DNA of 64,000 nucleotides from Alphaproteobacteria bacterium (GTDB lineage: Bacteria > Pseudomonadota > Alphaproteobacteria > Rhizobiales > JAKIUO01), in contig JAJRPI010000056.1 in the NCBI GenBank assembly GCA_024280895.1, positions 29,314 through 93,313 on the forward strand, written 5' to 3'. The notes beneath the pieces were generated by a model. It was not told the DNA's origin, made no database searches, and saw only the letters and a program-made list of their open reading frames with translations. Made by a program: the position numbers and the translations under genes. This document shows, one piece after another, positions 36,579 to 45,979 of the stretch (position 1 is its first letter; each line of letters starts with the position of its first letter).

Positions 36579-37784
36579 TTATTGCGATCCCGCATCTCCG
36601 GATTGACGCAGAGCATAGCTGATCAGGATCAAGCGCAGCTTGTCGATGACGGTGGCCATATAGCCAAGCTCGTCTTTGCGTTCCGTGCCATAAAACTCGA
36701 TATCGAGATCGCCATCAATGAATTTATCCAGCGTGTACGAAATCTTGTTGATCGGTCCCAGCACATGAGAGAACAATACATAGGCAATCAGCAGCATCAG
36801 TAGCCCGAGACCAACCGCTGAGCCAAGAAAAATATTCTTAGAAAGCAGTGAGTTGCTTTGCAGATGTTCGGTGGTGGTGCGTTTAGAGGCCTCGATGGCG
36901 TTGCTATATTCCGCGTGCAGGATCTGCAGGGCGGACAAGGCGGGCTTGTCATCAATTTCGACGCGCAAATTGATTTCTTCAGGAGATTTGTGAAGGCCGG
37001 CCATTTTTATAGCCTGATCAAGATTATCGCGATATTTGTTGACGACTTCCATCAAGCCGTTGAGCGCCAGGTTTTCGGCAGGAACCAGCGAGAAATTACG
37101 ATATTTGTCTACTGCTACCTGAATGTCAGCGATCGATTTTTTGACCTTTTCGACCCGCTCGCTTTTCTGGCGGAGCAGGAAGTTTTTGAACTCGTGGATC
37201 ATGCCGCCATAACCAAGGGCGCGGTGAATTTCGCCCAATAGTTCAATTTTTGTCTGTTCGTCCGATTGTTCAAGACGGTGAGATTTCACAGCTTTACGCA
37301 GGACGGCCAGACCGCTCATGGCGGGGGTGTCGTCGACCTTGACCACCTTATCGATTTGCCGTGAGCTGTAGCCTTCATCGACCATGGTACTGGCTTCTTG
37401 CAGATTGATGGCATAGGCATCAACCACTTTTTTGATCTGTCGAAGGGCGGAGCGCTCGCCAGGAGTGATGGAGGCTTCGGTATATTGTTCGATGGAGGCG
37501 TGTACCTTGCCGACGGAGACGCGAATGCGGGCAGGCAGCTTGTTGTCCTTGGTGATGACGTAATTCTTGAAACGATGGATCATCTGACCGTAACCAAGAG
37601 CTTTTTCGATGGAGTTAAAAGCGCTGACGCGGGTGGAACTGATATCTTGATATTTGGTCCAGAACTTTTCGGCCTGATCGGAATTTCCCGATATTGTCAT
37701 GGCACTATAGATGACAAACGCACCATAGATTGCAATGAATGCAAGTATGGCGAGAGAGAGTGCTTTGATGGACATATTCTTCAT
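36579..37784 (-). CDS. Membrane sensor-like protein: tandem duplicated extracytoplasmic module + TM + HAMP, no output domain
   Basis: TM1 ALSLAILAFIAIYGAFVIY. Two roughly 135-aa repeats each carry ALGYG(Q/G)MIH(R/E)FKN(Y/F). TM2, then HAMP (LGPINKISYTLDKFIDGDLDIEF..RKDELGYMATVIDKLR). The protein ends about 15 aa later. Confidence 0.7.
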   Translation of the reverse strand: MKNMSIKALSLAILAFIAIYGAFVIYSAMTISGNSDQAEKFWTKYQDISSTRVSAFNSIEKALGYGQMIHRFKNYVITKDNKLPARIRVSVGKVHASIEQYTEASITPGERSALRQIKKVVDAYAINLQEASTMVDEGYSSRQIDKVVKVDDTPAMSGLAVLRKAVKSHRLEQSDEQTKIELLGEIHRALGYGGMIHEFKNFLLRQKSERVEKVKKSIADIQVAVDKYRNFSLVPAENLALNGLMEVVNKYRDNLDQAIKMAGLHKSPEEINLRVEIDDKPALSALQILHAEYSNAIEASKRTTTEHLQSNSLLSKNIFLGSAVGLGLLMLLIAYVLFSHVLGPINKISYTLDKFIDGDLDIEFYGTERKDELGYMATVIDKLRLILISYALRQSGDAGSQ

Positions 37785-38611
37785 TACTCGGACGCTCCAT
37801 GTCGTTTTCGGTTTGCTCTAATTGTCCATAACCAGAAGAGAACGCGTTGAGCGGTCCCTCACTGGTTGACGCCGGATATGGTCTCCAGCTTGTTATTTCG
37901 GGCGCATAAGCTTGCGCGAAAGGCGTGAACTAACATCACTCAACGTTGAGTGACGCTCATTTGATCACATTTGCTCAACTTAGCAAATAGTATTCCAAAT
38001 GCCAATTTCTCGCATCATTCAAGCTTGTTTGTGGTGCATCGGACCGATTTGGCCTCGCAACTGCGTCGCTGAACCCCTTTGTTCGACCCGGTTCCCGCCA
38101 GGGTCAATTGCTTTTTCTTCGTTGTCGCATAATAGCATGGGGAGTGTGGCCTGAATAGCGCCAAATCTATTATGGTTGAGGTGAGAAATTGACAGGTGCC
38201 TAAATGTCATAACTGCGCGGCTTTGGAGGCATTTTTATGGCAGCTGGCAAAATAGGTGGGGGTGTGATCAAGGGGTATGCGCCTCTTTTCATGAATATTG
38301 ACACTCTAACACACCCCGCGCGCGGGGTGAATTGGATTTGGTGAACGTGAATTGTCGCCCACTCTATAGTTATTATCGCCTGATTCTTGCCTGGGCGAAA
38401 ATGGTGTGTGGGCACGAGGGGCGATATTTCTGGGTTACGCTTTGCCACTTTTGGAAAGGGCACGGCTGGAAAATGAGGGAGTGTTCGCAAGGCCTTTGCG
38501 TCAGGAGTAAAGGGTTGCGGGGTCTTTATTGCGAAGCTAGTCTGCCCATGCTTGCCCTGCTGGTCGTTCTTGGCAAACTGGCCGTCACTTAGGATTTACG
38601 GAGTTCAAACC

Positions 38612-39007
38612 ATGACATTTCACGAGGCGATGCTTAGTCAGCCCTATTGGGTGGTGATGTGGACCCGCATTCTAGGTGCTGTCATCGTTGGAACGCTGGT
38701 GATATTGATATTCTCGAAGGCCACACGGCGCGATGCGTTGATCATTTTTGTGACCCACCTCGCCGTTTTATTCGTCATGGGCTGGCTGTTTAAGCAGGTT
38801 GGCTATGTGCGCCTGCTCGGTATTGTCCATGTCTTTTTGTGGACGCCCCTGGTTGTTTACCTGTTCAGGCGTCTTGGCGACCGCGCCATCACCTTCCCGT
38901 TCCGCCAGACGATCTGGCTCCTGCTTTTGGTGCTTTCCATCTCGCTGGCCTTTGACTATCTGGACGTCACCCGCTACCTGCTCGGCGAACGAGCCAGCCT
39001 CGTTTGA
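38612..39007 (+). CDS. Hypothetical small membrane protein (about 4 TM)
   Basis: GGAG 8 nt before ATG 38612. Hydrophobic 131-aa product. No recognised family. Confidence 0.5.
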   Translation: MTFHEAMLSQPYWVVMWTRILGAVIVGTLVILIFSKATRRDALIIFVTHLAVLFVMGWLFKQVGYVRLLGIVHVFLWTPLVVYLFRRLGDRAITFPFRQTIWLLLLVLSISLAFDYLDVTRYLLGERASLV

Positions 39008-39027
39008 AGGGGCAAAGGGGCAGGCAT

Positions 39028-39149
39028 GTAGGGGGTGTTAGCGAAGCTGTATGCACCGATTTCCCAATCTCCCAAACGGTGCATACCGCACCTTTTGCGA
39101 AGACGGGGCCAGATTGTGAGGCGACAGCCACTGCGCTAAGACATCCTAC
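39028..39149. repeat. GTAGGG-type REP elements
   Basis: gtagggggtgttagcgaagc...gcaccgatt, then cggtgcataccgcaccttttgcgaag...gcgctaagacatcctac. The latter is homologous to 8869-8944 and 40047-40122. Confidence 0.75.
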
Positions 39150-39152
39150 GTG

Positions 39153-39416
39153 CTATCTCCAGAAGCGGCACCAGCCATTGGGCGAGAACGTGCCGCTGAC
39201 TATCTGGCAGCTATTGTTTCGCGGATTGAACAAGCGGCAATTGGCGCAATTTTGTTGCCCTTGCGGGGAGCTGCGATAACCGGCCGCCTTCGAGCTGACC
39301 TTGGCGGCCGCTGGTTCCGTGCTGCCAAGCACTCCAGCAAGGGAGGTAACGGAGGCAACCAGTCCGGTTTGGAGCAATGTGCGGCGCGATATATTTTTCA
39401 TGAGACTTTCCTTCAT
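39153..39416 (-). CDS. hip: High-potential iron-sulfur protein (HiPIP) with Tat leader
   Basis: SRRTLLQTGLVASV Tat motif. CANCRLF...C...GWCRFW is the HiPIP four-Cys pattern. Confidence 0.8.
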   Translation of the reverse strand: MKESLMKNISRRTLLQTGLVASVTSLAGVLGSTEPAAAKVSSKAAGYRSSPQGQQNCANCRLFNPRNNSCQIVSGTFSPNGWCRFWR

Positions 39417-39599
39417 GTGATCGGTTTGGTGGAGGGCCGATTGGCGGCCCTGTCTTCCAATCCTTTACGAAGGAGTTCTGTTGTTTCCAGCGGCGTTTTT
39501 ACGCCAGCCGCCCATATGTCGCAGTTGGAGCCCAATCGAGGTTCGCGAAATATTTCGGGGTCCAAGCCCCAAGCGTCCCCGGCAGTAAAACGGGAGCTA

Positions 39600-40122
39600 G
39601 CCACATCTCGGCACTTCCATTGTCATTCCCGCATCCGCCCTGCGCCATCCCCGCACCCCCATGTTTTATCCCCACGTCTCCATCGTCATCCCCGCGCAGG
39701 CGGGGATCCAAGCGACCATCAACTTGTGCGATACCTGTTACATTGTTGAGGGGGAGCAGTAAGTCGCTCTTACTCCCTCTCCCGGGGGGGCTGGAGTGAG
39801 GGGGATGGATCTCTCGATTGTTTGCGGTCCGCTATACACCACATCCGGCCATAGCAATGATTTGCAAACTTCATATCGTGTCACCCCAGCGCAGGCTGGG
39901 GTCCATAACCCCGGAATTATCAGTTGAAAGCTTATCCTCTCAATTGCAGGTCAAGGGAGTATGGTTCCCGGCCTTCGCCGGGATGACGTTTGTGTGTGGG
40001 GTGGCGTTGGCATTTGTATATCTAGCATCGCTGCAAAGGAAAAAATGTAGGGTGTGTTACGCGCCATTCGCGAAGGCAGGACCAGATTACAAGGCCACAG
40101 CAACGGCGCTAACACACCCTAC
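39600..40122. repeat. REP hairpin cluster ending in a 76-bp GTAGGGTG terminal-inverted-repeat element (40047-40122)
   Basis: gtcatccccgcgcaggcggggatcc, gtcaccccagcgcaggctggggtcc and ttcccggccttcgccgggatgac. Also gtagggtgtgttacgcgcc...ggcgctaacacaccctac. Confidence 0.8.
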
Positions 40123-41021
40123 TTGCTAGTCTTAGAAAGCCGAGAGAATATGATGTTATCAGAAGTACCATGCACAACGATGCGGGTTTTTGTTAGGGTA
40201 GGGGAAGTCTTGTTCAGCCAATCTTGGATCAAAATTGACCGCGCAGAATTGTTCGTATTTGTGTCAATTTTGACTTGATGGCTAGTACCAGGCATTTGGC
40301 GTTCTTCGAATTTTGTATCTTGCTTGAGCGTGTTATTCGAATGACCTGCTATTATGTCAGCAGCCGCCGTAAGAATAGCCGTAGATTCCTTGTATTTCGG
40401 ATCATCTGATGGTGCCAGCTTGATCGCTGGGCTATCCGATGTTTGATAATGCCTTCGAAATGAAGAAACCATAGAAACAATGTCGCGCCGTTGATGTTCT
40501 GTTTCAATAACCTGATCGTGATCCGACCACCATTCAACTTCTGCAGTTGCAGTGGTGCTGATCTCGATGATGCGAGAAAGCACATGAGTAATGCGTGCGG
40601 CGCGTTCGAAATTAGTCGGATTGCTCCAGTCACTCAGAAAAACGCCTTTTTGTTTGAGTGCGATGGCGCTCCCTTTTGTGAAAGTTAATTCTTTTAGGAG
40701 CTTGGAGCGAAAAGAAACTGAAATCAGATTGCCCCGGAGACTGTCACAAGCATCAAGGAAGGCTTGCGTTTTCGTTAAGTTATGTTTCCCGTGAATTTCC
40801 TTAAATGAGGGAGGCTTCCCATAGTTGTTTACTAATTCGTCGAAAGGCTCTCCCTGCTGGATGTAGTCGTCCCAGTCAAATAGTAAGTACCCTAAAGTCC
40901 ACCATTTGGTCCCGTCGTCACCGCTATAGTCAGAACCGACGACTACGCGATCGCACGACAAAGGGGCCAGATCTGCGCCGATAAAGGACTTTGCAAGTAT
41001 ATTACTCCAGGGTTCGTTCAC
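40119..41021 (-). CDS. Hypothetical 300-aa protein, possibly DUF3800-like
   Basis: GTG start overlaps the upstream stop (GTGA). Weak resemblance to DUF3800 landmarks (VVVGSDYSGDDG; FKEIHGKHNL; TAAADIIAGHS). Visibly lower G+C than uvrA. Confidence 0.55.
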   Translation of the reverse strand: MNEPWSNILAKSFIGADLAPLSCDRVVVGSDYSGDDGTKWWTLGYLLFDWDDYIQQGEPFDELVNNYGKPPSFKEIHGKHNLTKTQAFLDACDSLRGNLISVSFRSKLLKELTFTKGSAIALKQKGVFLSDWSNPTNFERAARITHVLSRIIEISTTATAEVEWWSDHDQVIETEHQRRDIVSMVSSFRRHYQTSDSPAIKLAPSDDPKYKESTAILTAAADIIAGHSNNTLKQDTKFEERQMPGTSHQVKIDTNTNNSARSILIQDWLNKTSPTLTKTRIVVHGTSDNIIFSRLSKTSK

Positions 41022-41236
41022 TCTGCTGCTACCGGTTCCAGTGTGTAAAGATGGGCCAGTTTGGTGACTGTTTTCAGGTCGCCTTCTTCCAGAGCTTTTT
41101 CGACAGCTTCCATCTTGCGGACATCAGCAATGGAATAATAGGGGGCCCATTCATGGTCGGTTTCGATCAGGGAGACCTCCACTTCCGCGACATAATTATC
41201 CTTTCGGAACAGCTTCTTGATTGTCTTTTTGCTCAT
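41018..41236 (-). CDS. Small acidic protein, putative antitoxin partner of the DUF4258 toxin
   Basis: 72 aa. TAATG overlap with the toxin gene. The YVAEVEVSLIETDHEWAPYYS...EKALEEGDL pattern recalls partners seen next to DUF4258 genes. The family name is not known to me. Confidence 0.5.
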   Translation of the reverse strand: MSKKTIKKLFRKDNYVAEVEVSLIETDHEWAPYYSIADVRKMEAVEKALEEGDLKTVTKLAHLYTLEPVAAE

Positions 41237-41550
41237 TATATTCTCTTTCTGAAGCCATCAGTCCATTTACTACTACTGGGTTCGTAGGCTGTCACTAGAA
41301 CAAGGGGCTCATCGGCTCCCTTTTCAAGCCCCCATACGGCATGAAGCACCCTGTTTTGTGAGTGGTGCAGTAACAGAACTGTCGGGCCAGCGTGAAAATC
41401 AGGATAGTCTTCCAGCAGTTCAGCGCTATCCAGGCTATTCACTAGATCATCAGATGATATTCCATTTGCTCGCAGGCGGTCAAATGCGTGGGTCGATATA
41501 TGAATATTGTCAGCATTGGCGAGTAATCTTATTTTGTCGAGAAACGCCAT
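41236..41550 (-). CDS. DUF4258 domain protein (putative type II toxin)
   Basis: IHISTHAFDRLRANGISSDDLVNSL...LLEDYPDFHAGPTVLLL...LHAVWG...LVLVTAYEP fits the DUF4258 pattern. The ATG shares one base with the uvrA stop (TGATG). A GTG at 41553 is an alternative start. Confidence 0.7.
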   Translation of the reverse strand: MAFLDKIRLLANADNIHISTHAFDRLRANGISSDDLVNSLDSAELLEDYPDFHAGPTVLLLHHSQNRVLHAVWGLEKGADEPLVLVTAYEPSSSKWTDGFRKRI

Positions 41551-44546
41551 CACTCCGCTGCCTTGGCCTGTTTCTGGCCGCCGCGTTTCGCCGCCTTGGT
41601 GGGTTTTTTCTTAACCGCCGCCTTTTTCGCCACTGCCTTTTTCTTCCCCGCAGCTTTCTCCTCCGCAGCTTTAGCAGCCTTCCCGGGCCTTTTCTCCAGC
41701 AGCGCCTTTAAATATTGGCCCGTATAGCTGGCTTTGACTTTGGCCACCTCTTCCGGTGTGCCCGTGGCGACGATCTTGCCGCCTTTGTCGCCGCCCTCGG
41801 GGCCAAGGTCGATGATCCAGTCGGCGGTTTTGATGACTTCGAGATTATGCTCGATGACCACCACCGTGTTGCCGGTCTCCACCAGTTCGTGCAGCACTTC
41901 CAATAGCTTGGCGACGTCGTGAAAATGCAGGCCCGTTGTTGGTTCATCCAGAATATACATCGTTCTGCCGGTTGCGCGCTTGGCGAGCTCTTTGGAGAGT
42001 TTGACGCGCTGCGCTTCGCCCCCCGATAGGGTGTTGGCGCGCTGGCCGATATGGATATAGCCAAGGCCGACGCGCTCTAATGTCACCAGCTTGTCGCGAA
42101 TGGCGGGCACCGCCTTGAAAAAGCGTGCCCCTTCTTCCACCGTCATGTCGAGCACATCTGCGATACTCTTGTCCTTGAATTTGATCTCCAGGGTTTCGCG
42201 ATTATAGCGCTTGCCTTTGCACTGGTCGCAGGTGACGAACACGTCGGGCAAAAAGTGCATCTCGATCTTGATGACGCCGTCCCCCTGACAGGCTTCGCAG
42301 CGCCCGCCTTTGACATTGAACGAAAAACGCCCCGGCTTATAGCCGCGCGCCCGCGCTTCGGGCAGGTTGGTGTACCATTCGCGGATCGGCGTGAACGCGC
42401 CGGTATAGGTGGCGGGGTTAGATCTTGGTGTGCGGCCAATCGGCGATTGGTCAATATCGATGATTTTGTCCAAATGCTCCAGCCCCTCGATTTTGTCATA
42501 GGGGGCGGGGACATGGCGGTTATTATTGAAATGGCGGGCCATGGCTTTATACAGCGTCTCGATCAGCAAGGTGGACTTGCCGCCCCCCGACACGCCGGTG
42601 ACACAGGTGAAAGTGCCAAGCGGGATTTGCGCATCGACATTTTGCAGATTATTGCCGGTGGCTCCCATGATTTTGACCATGCGGGTTTTGCGGGGCTTGC
42701 GCCTGTTTGCGGGCAGTGGCACTTCGCGAGCACCTGTCAGATATTGACCCGTCAGGCTGTTTTTGTCCTTGAGAATATGGGCGGGGGTGCCTTGCGAGAC
42801 AATTTCGCCGCCATGGATGCCAGCGCCGGGGCCAATATCAACGACATGATCGGCGGTCATGATGGCGTCCTCGTCATGCTCCACGACAATCACCGTATTG
42901 CCCAGATCGCGCAGATGGCGCAGGGTTTCCAGCAGGCGGGCATTGTCGCGCTGATGTAGCCCGATGCTTGGTTCGTCCAGCACATATAAAACGCCGGTCA
43001 GCCCCGAGCCGATCTGACTGGCAAGACGAATGCGCTGGCTCTCGCCGCCAGAAAGCGTGCCGGAATTACGCGATAAGGACAGATAGTCCAGCCCCACATC
43101 GTTGAGGAATTTCAGCCGGTCGGAAATTTCCTTGAGGATACGCACGGCGATTTCGTTTTGCTTGTCGGTGAGGGCTTGGGGCAGGGTTTTGAGCCATTTG
43201 CCCGCTTCGCGGATCGACATCTGGGTGATATTGCTGATGTGCTTATCGTTGATCTTGACGACCAGAGCCTGCTCTTTGAGGCGGTGTCCATCACACGAGT
43301 GGCACTTGCGCCGCGACTGAAAACGCCCCAGCTCTTCGCGGATGCCCATGCTTTCGGTTTCGCGCCAGCGCCGCTCGATAATATTGACGACGCCTTCAAA
43401 TGGCCGCTTGACCGATCTAGCCTGCAGGCCATCGTCAAAGGTGAAACTGATCATGGTTTTGCCCGACCCAAACAATAAAGCGTCTTGCACTTTTTTGGGC
43501 AGATCGCGCCACGGGGTGCTCATCTTGACTTTATAATGTTTGGCGATGGCTTGCAGCATCTGGCGATAGATCGGTGCCATCTGGCCGTGGCGGGTCCACG
43601 GGGCAATAGCGCCTTTATCAAGGGTCTTGTCCTTGTCGGGCACCATCATCTCAGCTTCAAACTTGAGTTCGGTACCAAGCCCATCGCAGGTTGGGCAAGC
43701 TCCAAACGGATTATTGAAGGAAAACAGGCGTGGCTCGATCTCATCAATCGTGAAGCCCGACACAGGGCAGGCGAAGCGCGCAGAAAAAATGATCTGTTCG
43801 GGAGGCTCTCCCGCCGCTTCTTTTTCTTTATCAACAATCTCGACAAAGGCCAGGCCGTCGGCCAGCTCCAGTGCCGTTTCCATACTGTCAGCAAGGCGCG
43901 TGGCAATATCTTCACGCACGACAAGGCGGTCGACTACGACTTCGATATTATGCTTGATCTTCTTGTCCAGAGCTGGCACATCGCCGATCTCATAAAGGGT
44001 GCCATCGACCTTGACGCGCTGAAAACCCGCTTTTTGCAAGGTCATGAATTCCTTGCGATATTCTCCTTTGCGGCCGCGCACGATGGGGGCCAGAAGATAG
44101 AGCCTGGTTTTTGCAGGCAGGTCCAGAACGCGGTCGACCATCTGGCTGACTGTCTGGCTCTCGATGGGCAGGCCCGTGGCAGGGGAATAGGGGATACCAA
44201 CGCGGGCAAACAGTAAGCGCATATAGTCGTATATTTCGGTCACTGTACCAACTGTTGAACGCGGGTTGCGGCTGGTGGTTTTCTGCTCGATAGAGATTGC
44301 TGGCGACAGACCGTCAATAGCATCCACATCTGGCTTTTGCATCATCTCCAGAAACTGGCGGGCATAGGCCGACAGGCTATCCACATAGCGGCGTTGCCCT
44401 TCCGCATAAATAGTGTCAAAGGCCAGTGAACTTTTGCCGGACCCTGACAGGCCTGTGATGACCACCAGCTTTTCGCGAGGTAATTCCAATGAGATATTTT
44501 TCAGATTATGTTCGCGTGCCCCTTGCACGGAAATGGTCTTTTTCAT
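41550..44546 (-). CDS. uvrA: Excinuclease ABC subunit A with a roughly 45-aa Lys/Ala-rich C-terminal tail
   Basis: 998 aa. [54 protein letters not shown]. Two ABC modules and zinc-finger Cys motifs. Confidence 0.98.
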   Translation of the reverse strand: MKKTISVQGAREHNLKNISLELPREKLVVITGLSGSGKSSLAFDTIYAEGQRRYVDSLSAYARQFLEMMQKPDVDAIDGLSPAISIEQKTTSRNPRSTVGTVTEIYDYMRLLFARVGIPYSPATGLPIESQTVSQMVDRVLDLPAKTRLYLLAPIVRGRKGEYRKEFMTLQKAGFQRVKVDGTLYEIGDVPALDKKIKHNIEVVVDRLVVREDIATRLADSMETALELADGLAFVEIVDKEKEAAGEPPEQIIFSARFACPVSGFTIDEIEPRLFSFNNPFGACPTCDGLGTELKFEAEMMVPDKDKTLDKGAIAPWTRHGQMAPIYRQMLQAIAKHYKVKMSTPWRDLPKKVQDALLFGSGKTMISFTFDDGLQARSVKRPFEGVVNIIERRWRETESMGIREELGRFQSRRKCHSCDGHRLKEQALVVKINDKHISNITQMSIREAGKWLKTLPQALTDKQNEIAVRILKEISDRLKFLNDVGLDYLSLSRNSGTLSGGESQRIRLASQIGSGLTGVLYVLDEPSIGLHQRDNARLLETLRHLRDLGNTVIVVEHDEDAIMTADHVVDIGPGAGIHGGEIVSQGTPAHILKDKNSLTGQYLTGAREVPLPANRRKPRKTRMVKIMGATGNNLQNVDAQIPLGTFTCVTGVSGGGKSTLLIETLYKAMARHFNNNRHVPAPYDKIEGLEHLDKIIDIDQSPIGRTPRSNPATYTGAFTPIREWYTNLPEARARGYKPGRFSFNVKGGRCEACQGDGVIKIEMHFLPDVFVTCDQCKGKRYNRETLEIKFKDKSIADVLDMTVEEGARFFKAVPAIRDKLVTLERVGLGYIHIGQRANTLSGGEAQRVKLSKELAKRATGRTMYILDEPTTGLHFHDVAKLLEVLHELVETGNTVVVIEHNLEVIKTADWIIDLGPEGGDKGGKIVATGTPEEVAKVKASYTGQYLKALLEKRPGKAAKAAEEKAAGKKKAVAKKAAVKKKPTKAAKRGGQKQAKAAE

Positions 44547-45085
44547 GATGAGGCTTGTCTCCGTGCCAGATAATCATTTCGATTGAGCTTAAAGTAGCGA
44601 TGTGCAAGGCCACGGTGAAAGGTGTTTTTACATAAGGTCAGACCCAGTTTCTCAATGACACTGATGGAGCGGTGATTATACGGCAAGGCCACGGCGCAAA
44701 TCTGATTGATACCAATCTTTGTAAATCCGTGTTCAAGCAACCGCCCCGCGGCTTCTGTTGCATAGCCCTTGCCCCATTGATCTCGCCGCAAATGATAGCC
44801 GATTTCAATTTCGTTTGTGTCATCCAGGGGCTGTAACAACAGAACCCCTATGAGGGCATTCTTGTCCTCTCTTGAAAAAATCAGCCACCAGCCAAGGCCC
44901 CATTTGTTCATTTTCATACTGTTACGGATTCCCAGGCGCAATAGTCTCCATGACATGCGGTTTTTGTGCCAGAAAATGATCATTGGATCCCTTAGAATGT
45001 GCCCGACAAGGCGGGCATCAGTTGGGGTAAACGGGCGAATATGCAGGCGCTCGCTTTGGAGGACGAGAGCTTCATTTGTGAACAT
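44543..45085 (-). CDS. GNAT family N-acetyltransferase (RimJ/RimL-like)
   Basis: Start [45 protein letters not shown] is the acetyl-CoA-binding motif. ATGA overlap with the uvrA start. Confidence 0.8.
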   Translation of the reverse strand: MFTNEALVLQSERLHIRPFTPTDARLVGHILRDPMIIFWHKNRMSWRLLRLGIRNSMKMNKWGLGWWLIFSREDKNALIGVLLLQPLDDTNEIEIGYHLRRDQWGKGYATEAAGRLLEHGFTKIGINQICAVALPYNHRSISVIEKLGLTLCKNTFHRGLAHRYFKLNRNDYLARRQASS

Positions 45086-45127
45086 TTTGCGCGAATTCTC
45101 CTTGCCAGTCTGGCGGCGGTATGATAA

Positions 45128-45142
45128 GAACAATAAGTGAAC
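45128..45142. promoter_or_regulatory. Alphaproteobacterial LexA (SOS) box, GAAC-N7-GAAC
   Basis: GAACaataagtGAAC (GTTC-N7-GTTC on the minus strand). It lies 43-57 nt upstream of the GNAT-uvrA start and about 210 nt upstream of divergent ssb. Confidence 0.75.
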
Positions 45143-45351
45143 AGGTAATTCCATGCAAGTGACAAACGTGCAATATCAGGGGATTAACTGTGGATAGGCA
45201 CGAAATCTCAAGGGAATGTATTGTCAGGCCCCAAAGCCGTCAATATGCAAGATGAGAGTTGAATGAGGTGATTCTCACCCCAAGACCTTCCTCCTCATGG
45301 ATTGAAGGCGCAAAAACAGATGATCCGGGAAGGATCGACAAGGAGGCAGTT

Positions 45352-45873
45352 ATGGCCGGAAGTATCAATAAGGTGACTTTGATTGGCAATCTTGGTGCTG
45401 ACCCCGAGATCAAGCACACGCAGGACGGGCGTCCCATCGCTAATCTGAGTGTGGCAACGACAGAGACATGGCGCGACAAGGCCTCTGGCGAAAAACGCGA
45501 GAAAACCGAATGGCACCGGGTGGTGATTTTTTCAGAAGGTCTTTGCCGGGTGGTCGAGCAATATCTGAAAAAAGGCTCAAAGGTTTATCTGGAAGGTTCT
45601 CTTCAGACCCGCAAATGGCAGGATCAACAAGGTCAGGACAAATATACGACCGAAGTCGTGCTGCAAAACTTTGGCGGCACGCTTGTTATGCTTGATGCCC
45701 GTCAGGGCGGCGGCATGAGTGATGGCGCTGGCGGCGGTTATGGTGGCAATGACCAGTATTCTGGCGGTGGCCAAGGTAGTTCTGGGGGCAATCAAGGTGG
45801 TGGTTCATCAGCGCCATCGGCTCCCTCTGGCGGCTCGTTTGAAAAAGAACTAGATGATGAAATCCCGTTCTAG
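45352..45873 (+). CDS. ssb: Single-stranded DNA-binding protein
   Basis: [35 protein letters not shown]. Gly-rich linker. Acidic tip DDEIPF. Confidence 0.95.
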   Translation: MAGSINKVTLIGNLGADPEIKHTQDGRPIANLSVATTETWRDKASGEKREKTEWHRVVIFSEGLCRVVEQYLKKGSKVYLEGSLQTRKWQDQQGQDKYTTEVVLQNFGGTLVMLDARQGGGMSDGAGGGYGGNDQYSGGGQGSSGGNQGGGSSAPSAPSGGSFEKELDDEIPF

Positions 45874-45928
45874 GGATTTTTCGGTCTTTCAGTTTTATGC
45901 AGCATCAAGTATGTTGGAGGTCGTATTG

Positions 45929-45960
45929 AAAACGGTGGATCAAAACTGATCGACCGTTTT
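45929..45960 (+). terminator. 14-bp-arm palindrome: probable ssb terminator, or an operator for the CDF gene
   Basis: AAAACGGTGGATCA-aaac-TGATCGACCGTTTT (one mismatch), followed by gctttg. Confidence 0.45.
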
Positions 45961-45979
45961 GCTTTGCAAGGAGGGCAGT

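Noticed and set aside
39150-40129. ORFs 39150..39749 (199 aa), 39499..39711 and 39818..40129
   Set aside because: They are antisense to the HiPIP gene and/or made of REP hairpins (SPQRRLGSITPE, FPAFAGMTF).
42255-44216. Long plus-strand ORFs 42255..42959 (234 aa) and 43485..44216 (243 aa)
   Set aside because: Antisense shadow ORFs inside uvrA.
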